Origin: a virus
Lineage: Duplodnaviria > Caudoviricetes
IMG/VR virus record: IMGVR_UViG_3300032254_000010
Coordinates: 1-45,935 of that record
DNA length: 45,935 bases
Direction: 5' to 3' (one strand)
Position 1 is the stretch's first letter. Every line of letters begins with the position of its first letter. The translations under genes and the position numbers were made by a program. This document shows, piece after piece, positions 24,654 to 35,300 of the stretch. A model generated the notes under the pieces. That model was given only the letters and a program-made list of their open reading frames with translations, made no database searches and was not told where the DNA came from.

Positions 24654-24810
24654 ATTTGAATACGATGAAGATATTATGCACTCTGAAGATCAAGAGGCAA
24701 AAGATTGGTTCTATAATGAAATATTATTAGGGGAGAGGCTTACACTATTCTCAAATGAAGCAGGTGATTTTATAGGTGATATTAAAATCTTAGAGATCAA
24801 AGATGCGTAA
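24631..24810 (+). CDS. Small acidic hypothetical protein (59 aa)
   Basis: RBS GGAGG, TTG start, fills the gap between exonuclease and endonuclease. Confidence 0.55.
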   Translation: MKLKMIVEFEYDEDIMHSEDQEAKDWFYNEILLGERLTLFSNEAGDFIGDIKILEIKDA

Positions 24811-25216
24811 ACTCAGACAAAAAGATATTAAAGAGCACAGACTTAAAATGATTAAAGCACAGAGTAATATATGTCCTCTGTGCCAGTCTGAGCTCCTTCC
24901 TGAGGAGGCTTGTTTAGATCATGATCATGAGACAGGTCATGTTAGATTCGCCTTACATAGGTCTTGTAACTCAGCCGAAGGTAGGATTGTTTCTTGGGCA
25001 AAGAGATCTAGAGCAACAGACCCTTATTTCTTTTTGAAGAACCTGTACGATCTTCATCGTAAAGATTACTTAAGTAATCCTATTCACCCAAGTCATTTAA
25101 CACCTATGCAGAAAGAAATTAAGTCTCTGAAGAAGAAACAGAAGAAACTTAAAACTGAAAAAGCTAAGGAAAGGTATCAAGATAAAATAGATACTTTAAT
25201 GCTTGAGGAGAACTAA
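24803..25216 (+). CDS. Recombination endonuclease VII family protein
   Basis: QSNICPLC...LDHDHETGHVR..LHRSCNSAEG. Confidence 0.88.
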   Translation: MRKLRQKDIKEHRLKMIKAQSNICPLCQSELLPEEACLDHDHETGHVRFALHRSCNSAEGRIVSWAKRSRATDPYFFLKNLYDLHRKDYLSNPIHPSHLTPMQKEIKSLKKKQKKLKTEKAKERYQDKIDTLMLEEN

Positions 25217-25217
25217 A

Positions 25218-25454
25218 TTGGATTGTAAAACAATTAACTACCGTGAATGCAGTGAGTAAGTGGGCACTGTCTCTATTAATGCTTCGACAAATAATGATAC
25301 TTTAACCATATCTGAAGTAATCATATACGCTTCCATTGCTGAGTCTGTCTTTGGATCTCCTTAAAGTTTCTATTTTAGCTCTCTTGAACAAGCTAGAAAG
25401 GTTGCACTCGGGATACTAGATGTTGTTGACAATATCGGGGGAAATGATAAATGA
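25218..25454 (+). pseudogene. Disrupted ORF with two in-frame TAA stops
   Basis: RBS GAGGAG and TTG start; TAA at 25257 and 25362; same frame ends in an ATGA overlap with the next ORF. Confidence 0.4.
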
Positions 25455-25606
25455 TAAGTGATAACTTAGAAAATATACACAGAATGGCGGAAAGAGGGTT
25501 AAGAATTGCGCAATCTCCGCCTATGGAATCCAGCTATATTGATATTTTTCAATATATTCTAGATGAGTTCGAGAGAGTGAAAGAGGATCTAAAACATGGC
25601 AAGTAA
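25451..25606 (+). CDS. Small hypothetical protein (51 aa)
   Basis: RBS GGGGG; MISDNLENIHRMAERG... Confidence 0.55.
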   Translation: MISDNLENIHRMAERGLRIAQSPPMESSYIDIFQYILDEFERVKEDLKHGK

Positions 25607-25886
25607 AGTACACACAAAAGGCCGTAAGTGGCTAAACCCAGTTAACTCATATAACTCAGGGGCGATACAATACATTGTCTCTTCTGATGAACCTTGGGAT
25701 AGAGGAGAATCTGATATCTCAGCTGAGTTAAGCATCTGGGATTGTTCTAGGAAGATTACTCTTGATTTTAGTGTTTATACACACAAGGATGCTGTTAATT
25801 CAGCTAAGAAGATACAGGTTCTTCAGGATGCATTACAAGATATAAAAGAAGCTTTAAGTTCAGCTTATGGAGATTATATTAAATGA
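25596..25886 (+). CDS. Hypothetical phage protein
   Basis: RKWLN...IWDCSRKITLDF; RBS GAGG. Confidence 0.7.
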   Translation: MASKVHTKGRKWLNPVNSYNSGAIQYIVSSDEPWDRGESDISAELSIWDCSRKITLDFSVYTHKDAVNSAKKIQVLQDALQDIKEALSSAYGDYIK

Positions 25887-26575
25887 AGAACACCTTAATA
25901 ATATCTGATACACATTTCCCACATCATCACCAAGACACCTTTGCATTCTTAGAGGAAGCAGCTTGGGCTTATGACTGCGAGATAATTAAATCAGTAGGAG
26001 ATTTGATTGATAATCATAATAGCTCATTCCATGAGATAGAGTACGGGACTCTATCGCCCAAAGAAGAGCATGACCAAGCTAAAGAATGCATTCAAAGACT
26101 ATCTAAAATGTTCCCTAAAATGAATATTACACTAGGAAATCATGATATAATGTCTATGCGTAAAGCTAAGGCAGCGGGTATCCCTTTAGACCATATAAAA
26201 TCTTACAATGACTTGTACGATGTTAATTGGAATTGGGTTGATAAAGATTTCTTTAAAATTGATAAAGATACAGATGTACTGATGGTGCATTCAATGGGCG
26301 CTAATACTTTATCTAATGCACGTAACCATTCACACTGTTCAATACAAGGACACCATCACGGTAAGTTTGGTATTGAGTACTTCGGAGATACTAATATGCT
26401 AAGGTGGTCAATGTCAGTAGGTTGTTTAATTGATACATCACATCCTGCATTTAATTATGGGAGCTCTGCTACACAGAATAGGCCGATTATTGGATGTGGA
26501 GCTATTATTGATAATGAGCCTAAATTGATACCTATGAAACTTAAATCAAATGGGCGGTGGAGAGGTAAACTCTAA
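25883..26575 (+). CDS. Calcineurin-like metallophosphoesterase
   Basis: ISDTH, GDLID, LGNHD, QGHHH, VGCLID. Confidence 0.88.
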   Translation: MKNTLIISDTHFPHHHQDTFAFLEEAAWAYDCEIIKSVGDLIDNHNSSFHEIEYGTLSPKEEHDQAKECIQRLSKMFPKMNITLGNHDIMSMRKAKAAGIPLDHIKSYNDLYDVNWNWVDKDFFKIDKDTDVLMVHSMGANTLSNARNHSHCSIQGHHHGKFGIEYFGDTNMLRWSMSVGCLIDTSHPAFNYGSSATQNRPIIGCGAIIDNEPKLIPMKLKSNGRWRGKL

Positions 26576-26862
26576 TGAAAGAAAGAGATACTAAGTACTT
26601 CAGAGCAATGAAAGTACACCAATTAGGTAAAGAAGACTACGAATTACTTAAATCTACAGGAATGTTCTACGAATTCTATCCAGAAGCGTGTGGTATTTAT
26701 GAAGAAGATATTCTCATCTCAGGTACTTACGGTCAAGATAATCCTGACGGAGTCGGCTGGCCTTATGAGATGGGGGATGAGTACATGTCTAAAGTATCAA
26801 ATGTGACGAAAGATCACTTGGATTCATTTGTAGGTAATTTTAAAAAGGAGAAACGGGATTGA
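26575..26862 (+). CDS. Hypothetical protein
   Basis: TAATG coupling; LLKSTGMFYEFYPE. Confidence 0.65.
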   Translation: MKERDTKYFRAMKVHQLGKEDYELLKSTGMFYEFYPEACGIYEEDILISGTYGQDNPDGVGWPYEMGDEYMSKVSNVTKDHLDSFVGNFKKEKRD

Positions 26863-28781
26863 GTTTACCAACAACTTATCAGAGCTATATCCACACTTCA
26901 AGGTATGCTCGATGGATACCAGAAGAGAATAGACGTGAGACTTGGAGGGAAACAGTCAAACGCTACATGATGTTTTTTAATGATAAGATTAATGATGATA
27001 TTATAGCCGCTGAATTGTTTGATGCTATAGAATACCTAGAAGTAATGCCTTCAATGCGAACTTTAATGACTGCTGGTGTAGCATTAGAGAGAGATAATGT
27101 AGCAGGTTATAACTGTTCTTATCTAGCAGTAGATAACCTCAGAGCATTCGACGAGACTATGTACGTGCTTATGTGCGGCACTGGGGTAGGTTTCTCAGTT
27201 GAGAGACAGTACATAAACCAGCTTCCTGAAGTAGCTGAAGAGTTCCATGAATCAGATACATGTATTGTAGTCCAAGACTCAAAGATGGGCTGGGCTACGT
27301 CTTATCGTGAACTACTCAGCATGTTGTTCAATGGCAAGATACCAAAGTGGGACGTATCTAAGGTACGTCCAGCAGGATCTGCTTTAAAGACATTCGGAGG
27401 ACGTGCCTCTGGGCCAGATCCTTTAGTTGATTTATTCGAGTTCAGTATAGAAGTTTTACGTAATGCAAAAGGACGTAAACTTACGAGTATTGAATGTCAT
27501 GATCTTATGTGTAAGGTTGCAGACATTGTTGTTGTTGGCGGTGTACGTAGATCAGCACTTATCAGCCTTAGTAATCTCACAGATGAGAGAATGCGGGTTG
27601 CTAAATCAGGACATTGGTGGGTAGATAATCCACAACGTGCTCTGGCTAATAACTCAATCTCATATACAGAGAAACCTGATATGGGTATTTTTATGAAAGA
27701 ATGGGGGTCTTTGTATGAGTCAAAATCAGGAGAACGAGGAATCTTTAACAGAAATGCGGCGAGAGTTGCGGCAGGAAAGTCTGGAAGACGCGATACGGAA
27801 CACGACTTTGGCACTAATCCGTGTTCAGAAATTATACTCAGAAGTAAACAGTTTTGTAACTTATCCGAAGTTGTTGTTAGAAGTACAGATACGTTTGAAG
27901 ATCTTAAGCGAAAAGTTAGACAAGCTACAATTCTAGGTACATTACAAAGTACTTTAACTAACTTTAGGTACTTGAGTTCTTCCTGGAAACGTAATACAGA
28001 AGAAGAAAGGTTATTAGGTGTCTCTTTTACAGGTATTATGGATCATAAAGTGCTCAATAATAGTAATTATGATGATAACTTTACCGGAGAACATGGTGGT
28101 AAACTCACCCTATCTATGGTCTTACAAGAGCTTAAGGAGATAGCAATTGAAACAAATAAAGAATGGTCTGAAAAACTTAATATCCCTCAGTCTACTGCGA
28201 TCACTTGCGTCAAGCCTAGTGGTACTGTTAGTCAGTTGGTTGATTCTAGTAGTGGTATTCATCCGCGTTACTCGGAGTATTATATCAGGACTGTACGACA
28301 AGATAAGAAAGACCCTCTTGCAGATTTACTCATATCTCAAGGGTTCCCTTACGAAGATGACGTAACTAAGCCAGATTCAACTTACGTATTCAGCTTCCCT
28401 ATGAAAGCTCCTGAAGGAAGTGTAATGCGTAACGATAGAACTGCTCTTGAGCAATTAGAGCTATGGAAAATATATCAGGAGGAATGGTGTGAGCATAAAC
28501 CAAGTATCACTGTCTACGTTCGTGAGGATGAGTGGTTTGAAGTCGGAGCATGGGTCTCTAAGAACTTTGATGCCGTATCAGGAGTCTCTTTTCTCCCTCA
28601 TTCAGAACACTCGTACAAACAAGCTCCTTATCAGGAAATCTCGGAAGATCTATACAATGAGCTACTCGGAGAGATGCCTACTAACGTGGATTTCACTACG
28701 TTAGTAGAACATGAAAAAGAAGACACAACTACTGGTATGAAAGAGTACGCTTGTTCTGGAGGAGCGTGCGAGATTCTTTAA
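26859..28781 (+). CDS. nrdJ: Ribonucleotide reductase, class II (adenosylcobalamin-dependent, monomeric type)
   Basis: SRYARW, YNCS, GTGVGFS, GGVRRSA, TNPCSE, FCNLSE, VKPSGT, C-terminal CSGGACE; no nrdB in the genome. Confidence 0.88.
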   Translation: MSLPTTYQSYIHTSRYARWIPEENRRETWRETVKRYMMFFNDKINDDIIAAELFDAIEYLEVMPSMRTLMTAGVALERDNVAGYNCSYLAVDNLRAFDETMYVLMCGTGVGFSVERQYINQLPEVAEEFHESDTCIVVQDSKMGWATSYRELLSMLFNGKIPKWDVSKVRPAGSALKTFGGRASGPDPLVDLFEFSIEVLRNAKGRKLTSIECHDLMCKVADIVVVGGVRRSALISLSNLTDERMRVAKSGHWWVDNPQRALANNSISYTEKPDMGIFMKEWGSLYESKSGERGIFNRNAARVAAGKSGRRDTEHDFGTNPCSEIILRSKQFCNLSEVVVRSTDTFEDLKRKVRQATILGTLQSTLTNFRYLSSSWKRNTEEERLLGVSFTGIMDHKVLNNSNYDDNFTGEHGGKLTLSMVLQELKEIAIETNKEWSEKLNIPQSTAITCVKPSGTVSQLVDSSSGIHPRYSEYYIRTVRQDKKDPLADLLISQGFPYEDDVTKPDSTYVFSFPMKAPEGSVMRNDRTALEQLELWKIYQEEWCEHKPSITVYVREDEWFEVGAWVSKNFDAVSGVSFLPHSEHSYKQAPYQEISEDLYNELLGEMPTNVDFTTLVEHEKEDTTTGMKEYACSGGACEIL

Positions 28782-29026
28782 ACCTTTCCGATGACCTCAA
28801 CATGGAGTACACATCCCTTTGGATAAGTCATTATATCAGCAGATTCTTTAGTACCTGCATGGTATGTTGAACTGAACCAAAGGGTTCTTCCATTTTCTTT
28901 TAAGAAAATTCCTACAGAAGTCACGATTTCTAATTCTAGTAAATCATCAGATCATCCAGCATTCGTCTCTGGATCTTGCCACTTAATTGAACAAATATCA
29001 CCTTTCTTTCTATTGAACATACTCAT
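28778..29026 (-). pseudogene. Small phage protein (WxD...GW...SVG...PxG pattern) interrupted by TGA at codon 25
   Basis: MSMFNRKKGDICSIKWQDPETNAG*SDDLLELEIVTSVGIFLKE...TYPKGCVLHVEVIGKV; TGA at 28954-28952; fills the whole gap and is coupled to the upstream gene. Confidence 0.6.
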
Positions 29027-29211
29027 TAGGCGCAGACCTGTCTTGGGTCACTATATACAATAGTGATAGGCTTCTTACTTAGTAATTCTGCAAAGGCCTT
29101 CTTATCAACCTCTTTGGCTATGAAACCTCTAGCAAAATCTTCATCGGGGTTCTTGACAATAATTGTATCTGGGAACCCACAAGTTAATAGTACTATTAAT
29201 ATAATATCCAT
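29026..29211 (-). CDS. Hypothetical protein
   Basis: 61 aa, hydrophobic N-terminus followed by Cys (possible lipoprotein). Confidence 0.55.
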   Translation of the reverse strand: MDIILIVLLTCGFPDTIIVKNPDEDFARGFIAKEVDKKAFAELLSKKPITIVYSDPRQVCA

Positions 29212-29219
29212 AATTTAAC

Positions 29220-29627
29220 CTATTTCTTGTATTCTTTAACAACTTTCTCTGCTGATCTCCCTACGACATACCCGCCTAATCCAATCTTAATAAGATTGAA
29301 AACTTCATCAATAGTATCTTGCGTCATTCCTTCTGGTTGGTATCCGAACCAGTAAGAAATAACAATACCTACAAAGGATAACATCGTCATAGGTCGCCAG
29401 TTCTTAGCTAAGAATGAGTCACTTTTAGCCTCTGTGGTAATTATACTAGCTTTAGCCTCAAGTAATTGGCTCTCATATTCCATCATCTTCATGGCAAAAG
29501 CATTCTCCATCTTCGCCATACTTTCCTTGAACTTATTCTTCTCTTCATCACTAGTATGCAGCTCATCTATAAGACTAGCTGCTGGTGAGAAAATTTCACT
29601 TATAAATCCGAATATACTTCCTAACAT
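29220..29627 (-). CDS. Putative holin (3TM / GTA-holin-like)
   Basis: IDELHTSDEEK, EAKS...WRP, TM segments, GYVVGRSAEK; adjacent to the endolysin. Confidence 0.7.
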   Translation of the reverse strand: MLGSIFGFISEIFSPAASLIDELHTSDEEKNKFKESMAKMENAFAMKMMEYESQLLEAKASIITTEAKSDSFLAKNWRPMTMLSFVGIVISYWFGYQPEGMTQDTIDEVFNLIKIGLGGYVVGRSAEKVVKEYKK

Positions 29628-29631
29628 GTCC

Positions 29632-29735
29632 TCAGACCTCCTGAGAGCCTCTCTAAGAGACTTTAATTTAAGGTATACATTGGTACTGCTTCAAAGAGAA
29701 CTCCCCTTAGAGAGCCTCTGAGAGCGTCTGACAGG
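29632..29735. repeat. Intergenic element with GAGAGCCTCT-rich arms; left arm is an inverted copy of 6318-6347
   Basis: GAGAGCCTCT occurs on both sides of an AT-rich spacer. Confidence 0.6.
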
Positions 29736-29738
29736 GTA

Positions 29739-30143
29739 TTAGACTAACTCCCAATGAACTAAGTCGTCAAATTCTTGATCACTAAGATCTTTATCAGAAT
29801 CCCAGTCACCTCCCCACCTAATATTGATATCTAAACAATCAGCGATTCCTTTCACGTAACCTGCAAAATAGTAAAACTCGGCCATCTCTTTAGCGTTACC
29901 CTCACCCCAGTTTTCAGGTATAGGATATGGAGAAACATCTACAGCCTCAGATGGACTTGAGAGATGTTTACTATTCAATGTAGTACTACTGCCATTTCTT
30001 AGGTTTTGTTCCTGCTCTTGTAATGTTCTATGACCTTGGATAATAGTACAGTCCCATGACTTAATAACTTCATTAAATAACCTAATTAAATCATCTTCAC
30101 ACGTATTAAGTTTAGATTGAGATGCTTTACTAAAACTTGGCAT
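29739..30143 (-). CDS. Endolysin, M15 (L-Ala-D-Glu) peptidase
   Basis: GHRT..Q, SKH....AVD, IRWGGDW, DLVHWEL. Confidence 0.9.
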   Translation of the reverse strand: MPSFSKASQSKLNTCEDDLIRLFNEVIKSWDCTIIQGHRTLQEQEQNLRNGSSTTLNSKHLSSPSEAVDVSPYPIPENWGEGNAKEMAEFYYFAGYVKGIADCLDINIRWGGDWDSDKDLSDQEFDDLVHWELV

Positions 30144-30421
30144 TATTTAGATCTCCTTTTAGGGTTAATCCAATCAACATCTTCCTTAAGGAATGATTTT
30201 ATCTCTTTAATATCATTAGACATGTATTCCTGCCTAATCTTGAACTCAGTTATATCTTTTATTACTTTATGAAACTCTATACTATCTTTCTCTAATGATG
30301 TTACACGAGAGTCTAATTTAGTCAAAAATGCTGTAAAGTACACAGTCTGTAGTATAATAACTATGATTAAAGAAAGAGGAACACTCTTGTTTAAGTGCCA
30401 TTTGTTATCAGAATCTAACAT
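30143..30421 (-). CDS. Membrane-anchored hypothetical protein (lysis-associated?)
   Basis: WHLNKSVPLSLI TM helix plus coiled-coil. Confidence 0.6.
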   Translation of the reverse strand: MLDSDNKWHLNKSVPLSLIIVIILQTVYFTAFLTKLDSRVTSLEKDSIEFHKVIKDITEFKIRQEYMSNDIKEIKSFLKEDVDWINPKRRSK

Positions 30422-32325
30422 TATTTATTCTCCTTGACTTCATTCATAAAGAATAAAAGTTCAGGAGTTCTTTCCATGTACTGATCTAACATCCCTTTGT
30501 AATTAGTATGGCCTTTAAGATGCGCAGTAATCTTAACAGCATCATTAAGCCTACGAGCGTACTTCTTAGTAAACCCTCTAGCAACAGCATCAGCTACTCT
30601 TAATTTCTCACCACTTAGTTCCAGCTTAGGCTCAAATGAAAACTCACCTATACTTGAATCAATAGTGATATCAACTAGACGCTCTTTATCAATACCGAAG
30701 ACAGCCTCTTTAAGGGAGAAAGTACTCTTAGTACTCACTTCTTCTGGATTGTAATTATCAAATGCCTCTTGCCCGAACTTCTGAATTAAAGCAGTCGAGT
30801 ACATACTGGATGCTCGCGCTAACTTAGATTTAACACGGTCAGAGTCAGGCATTGCTTTAATCATCTCCACGAACTTAGGAGAACCAGCCATCTTAAGCAT
30901 TGTGTCATATTCGATAGCCTGGACTCTCTCTGGATCAGAGAACATAGGCATCATCACACCTTCTATAAGATTTTGGAATTGTCTTGTGTGATCAGGATTC
31001 TTAGGGTCTGCATTCTCTGTGATTGTTTCAGCAGCTCCTTTAAACCAGTTATTAAAGTCTTTATCAGACCCGTTAGGGAGATCTCTTCCTTGACTAAAAG
31101 GACTATAAGATCCATCAGTCCCAAGAGATTCAGCCATAATTTTTTCTACACCAGCTAATGATTTTAAACCTTCTGACATAGATCTTTGAACAGATGGAGG
31201 TATGCTCATAAGATTCTTGGCCATCTTAATAGTAGCTAAGTAACGAGCACCTTTAGGAGTCCCAGAGAACTCAGCAAGAATAGTGTTCTGATTACCTTGG
31301 AAGATATTATCGAACTCTTCCTTACGTAGTTTACCAGATGCCACGTCCTTAGCAGATTGGACTAAATCTTTTATAGGCTTAATTACGCTATCAATAGCTG
31401 AAGCATCTAACATATTGAATTTCTGTCTGTACATACCAGCAGTCTCTGCAACGATACTATCTAGTGCCTGTTGTTTCTCAACACCTGAAATGCTATCGTC
31501 TTGGAGTAATTCAGAGATACTAGAGCCTGCTGCTGATATATCAGCCCCAGACTGCTTATTGGCGAACTGCTGCTGTAATGCCTTAGACATCATATTACCC
31601 TTATTAGCAGCATTGTGTTGAAAATCTATCTGAGCACTAGCACCTTGTAACGCAAGAGCTTTTTGACCATTCAGAGCTACATTTTCTGAGGTACTTAGAT
31701 TGGGATTTATCATTCCGAACTTCTTCATTATATCAAGAGTAGCCTTCTGTACTTGGTCAGAGGTCTGAGCAGCTGCTTTTTGTTGAGCAAAGATCTGATT
31801 TAACTCTGCTCCTGTTGGATCAAAACCTAATGTACTTGAAGCAGCCTTACGTAGCTCAGAAGCTATACTAGGGTTCATGTTAACGTACTTCTTTAAAGTA
31901 GACTCCATTCTAATCTTGAACTCAGAGGCTGAAATACGTTTCTGTTTGAAAGCTTGATCCCAAGTCTTTAACCTAGATCTCATATCAGTCAGAAGAGCAA
32001 CTTCTTCAGCTGGAGAAGCCTCATCACCTTCAAAGAATTCAGCTGTTTGTTCCTCAAGCATAGGAGTCTGCTGAGATAAGCCGACAACATGCTCCGCCTC
32101 TTCAGCTGCTACAAAATCCTTAAGCCCTGTCTGTAACTCTGAACTGAGTTTATCAGTCTGAATATCAGTGTAAATCTCCTTACCTAATTTACCTAGGTTA
32201 GAGATTCCATTTATAGCAGTAGCTAAAGGGCTATCTGTCGTCGACGTGGCTACAAATCCAGAAGGAGATCCTACATCTCTTGGATCAGATATACTTTGTT
32301 GGACTTGTTCAAATATATTAGGCAT
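30421..32325 (-). CDS. Putative internal virion (ejection) protein
   Basis: 634 aa, helical, position after the large virion protein. Confidence 0.55.
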   Translation of the reverse strand: MPNIFEQVQQSISDPRDVGSPSGFVATSTTDSPLATAINGISNLGKLGKEIYTDIQTDKLSSELQTGLKDFVAAEEAEHVVGLSQQTPMLEEQTAEFFEGDEASPAEEVALLTDMRSRLKTWDQAFKQKRISASEFKIRMESTLKKYVNMNPSIASELRKAASSTLGFDPTGAELNQIFAQQKAAAQTSDQVQKATLDIMKKFGMINPNLSTSENVALNGQKALALQGASAQIDFQHNAANKGNMMSKALQQQFANKQSGADISAAGSSISELLQDDSISGVEKQQALDSIVAETAGMYRQKFNMLDASAIDSVIKPIKDLVQSAKDVASGKLRKEEFDNIFQGNQNTILAEFSGTPKGARYLATIKMAKNLMSIPPSVQRSMSEGLKSLAGVEKIMAESLGTDGSYSPFSQGRDLPNGSDKDFNNWFKGAAETITENADPKNPDHTRQFQNLIEGVMMPMFSDPERVQAIEYDTMLKMAGSPKFVEMIKAMPDSDRVKSKLARASSMYSTALIQKFGQEAFDNYNPEEVSTKSTFSLKEAVFGIDKERLVDITIDSSIGEFSFEPKLELSGEKLRVADAVARGFTKKYARRLNDAVKITAHLKGHTNYKGMLDQYMERTPELLFFMNEVKENK

Positions 32326-35300
32326 TACTCTTGCTCCGCAATCTTCTGTTCTTCAGTCATGAAATCGTATAATTCTTTTATATCTTTTTCTTTCTCAGGG
32401 GAGTTAATCAAGCTAGAGTTCTTAAGTCTATTAACAATGAATTCCCAAGAGTCTCCGTATTGATTACCTAAAGCGTTTTTAGTAATACTTGATATTAATC
32501 TATCAGAACCATTTTCTAAGTTACGAGTCAATATTTTCCTGAACTCCGTTAAAACGTATTGTGCATCTAAAGGGTTCATTACAGATAAGATAGTAGCCTC
32601 TGCTTGAATAGCCTCAACTAATCTCTTATGATTTAACTCATTTAATGATTCAGATTGCTCTGAGAAAAATCCTACACGCTTAGAGATATTATCGTAGTAA
32701 GTTTTAGCTACTTCCTTCAATTTCTTTTCTTTACGTGGGCCAGATACATCACTGAACTGTGCCTGTAACACATCGTAATAATCTGACTCTTCTCCTGACT
32801 GCAATCCAAATAACTTAGCCATTGCTTCAGCATAAGTTGCCTTTACAATTGGATCTCCTGTTGCATCTACCATATGTCCTAAATTCAGAGCAGCAGATGC
32901 TTTTAGGTAGTTATTATACCCAGAGAACACAGATACACCTGATGCTAAAATCTCTTGTAGCTTCTCAGTAGTATCTATGTTAGGGGCTTCATAAACATAT
33001 TTACCATAAGACATGGCTTTCATGATACGATTAGCTGCTGTACCTGCTGGCATGTACTCTAAGGGAGACTTGCCGCCAGTCATTAAATCAACTAAGGATT
33101 TCTGAATATTAGTCTCAAGGATACCTGAGGCTGGTGCGAAATCTTTAGCTAATTTAACAGAGGTATCGTCTTCGTAAATTGTTTGAAGAATCTTGTTAGT
33201 AACAAACTCAGACAACCCTCCAGTGACGATTTGGTCTACATCTTCATCTACTTCTATACTCATTCTGTCACGTACTTCCTTGTATAACTCAGTAACGCCA
33301 AAGCCAGCTGTACCATATAAAGCAGCCTGACCTACAGCTATACGTCTCTTTTCGGCAGCAGTAAAGAATCGTGAACCACCTGCTTTAACAGGTAACATAG
33401 CTTCTAATGCTTTATGCTGTATACTAATGAACTGAGTAGGGATACTTAATAACCCACGTTGATAGCTAAATGAACCAGACTTAGTCATATTTAAACTGTA
33501 CTGCCTAGCCTCAGCAGCGATTTGATCTTGATTACCTTTAAGCGTCCAGTCTTTATTAGGATTCTTCTGTATCCAACGGTTACGGGCAAACAACCAAGAA
33601 TTACTTAGGTTGTTGTACTCTCCCGCATCAAAACCAACCTTACGGGATACACCTAAAACCTTCTTAGGTAACGTAAAAGCTTTATTTACAAAAGCAGTTG
33701 CATTGTTACGATGCATTACTTTTGAATAATCTTGTAAAGAATCACGTACAAACGTATGTGAGTCGATACTGAAAGGTAATCCAGATTCTCTGAATGATTT
33801 TACTAGAGTGGTTAATTCTTTCTCAGAGATACCGGCTGACTTAGCTATTGATGGAGCTACTTTCTTGTACAGCTCTTTATTAGTAAAAGAAGCCATTGCT
33901 AGATCTAATCCGATTTTCTGACGTGCGATACCATTCTTGGAGAAAATAAATCCAGAGAATTTAGGATCAATCCCCGCCAAGAACATGTATTGAGCAGATT
34001 GTAGGAAGAATTGACGGAGTGGATTACCAGCTAGGTACATATTAAATGCCAGCGAACGTACACGACCTAACGGGTCTATGGCTGAAGCATCAATAATCTT
34101 ATTACCGATAAATGCCCTTGTACTTGAATCACCATTACCAAGAGCCCACTCTCCTAACTTAATCATATTAGCTCTTATGTCAACAATCTTACCAGAGGGG
34201 TCAACATCTTCAAGTAAATTAATATAATCCCAGTAAGACTTAGCATCTTTTACATCAGTAACAGTCTCTAAATTAGCACCTTTAGCTGCTGTGAATTCAT
34301 TCTTTGTGCTTGGGTAAGCGTTACTGAACAAATGTCCATAAGAGTTCATCCAGCGTTTCTTCATTGATGCAATAACATCAGTATGACTAGCGTGACGTGA
34401 TACTGTACCGATAGTCCGAAGTAAAGCCTCGACAGGTTCATCTATTTCAGCTAATCCGAAGTCAGTACTAAGACGTTTACCACGAGTACCTGTGAATAAT
34501 GCACCTTTATTAAGACGCATTGACTTTTCTCTAGAGCCTAACTCAGCTTGAGTTAAACCACGATCAAGACGTGCTATGTATTCAATACCTTCCTCACCAG
34601 ATTCACGTAACTTATTAATGTGCCCAAGAGCCTCTCTTTCTGTTGACGCTGCATTAATGGTTCTTGTATAAGGTTTTAGGACACCATTAATTTCTCTGGT
34701 ACTCACTTCATCAATGAAGTACCTGTTCTTGTAAACACGTGTTATGTATCCAGGATCATAATTAAGAACTTTGGCAGGTAACGGAGAAGTTCTCCCACCT
34801 AGCTTAGAATCGATAACAACATAATTAGCTATCTGATTACCAGAACGCTCAGTTCCGTACATAAATCCTAACGAGTCACCGTTCTTGTAAAGAGATTTAA
34901 TTTCTTCAGGCGATAAGGTACGGATGCTTGACGTACTTGGATCATAAGCAGTCTTAGCATTAGTAATAGCTTCTGATTCTGAGACAGGTTTAGCTATTGT
35001 ATTGTATCCATTCTTCTGATTAGATACATGCAGCATTCCCTGCTGCTTCAGATCTTTGTATACTCTACGGTTCTCTATAATGTACTGTAGGTCGTTAATC
35101 CCTCTGAGATTGTAGTACCCCTTGATCTCATCGTTCTTGAGACCTAGACTAACTAACTCATCGTAATCGAAAGTCTTAGAATCTTTGTACCCTTTAAGTA
35201 ATACATCAGACACTTTATTCTTAGAGTTTGTATTTAACCCAGTGAATCCTTTTAGTACACTAAGTAAATCAGTCTGGACTTTCTTTTCAATTCCTGGAAG

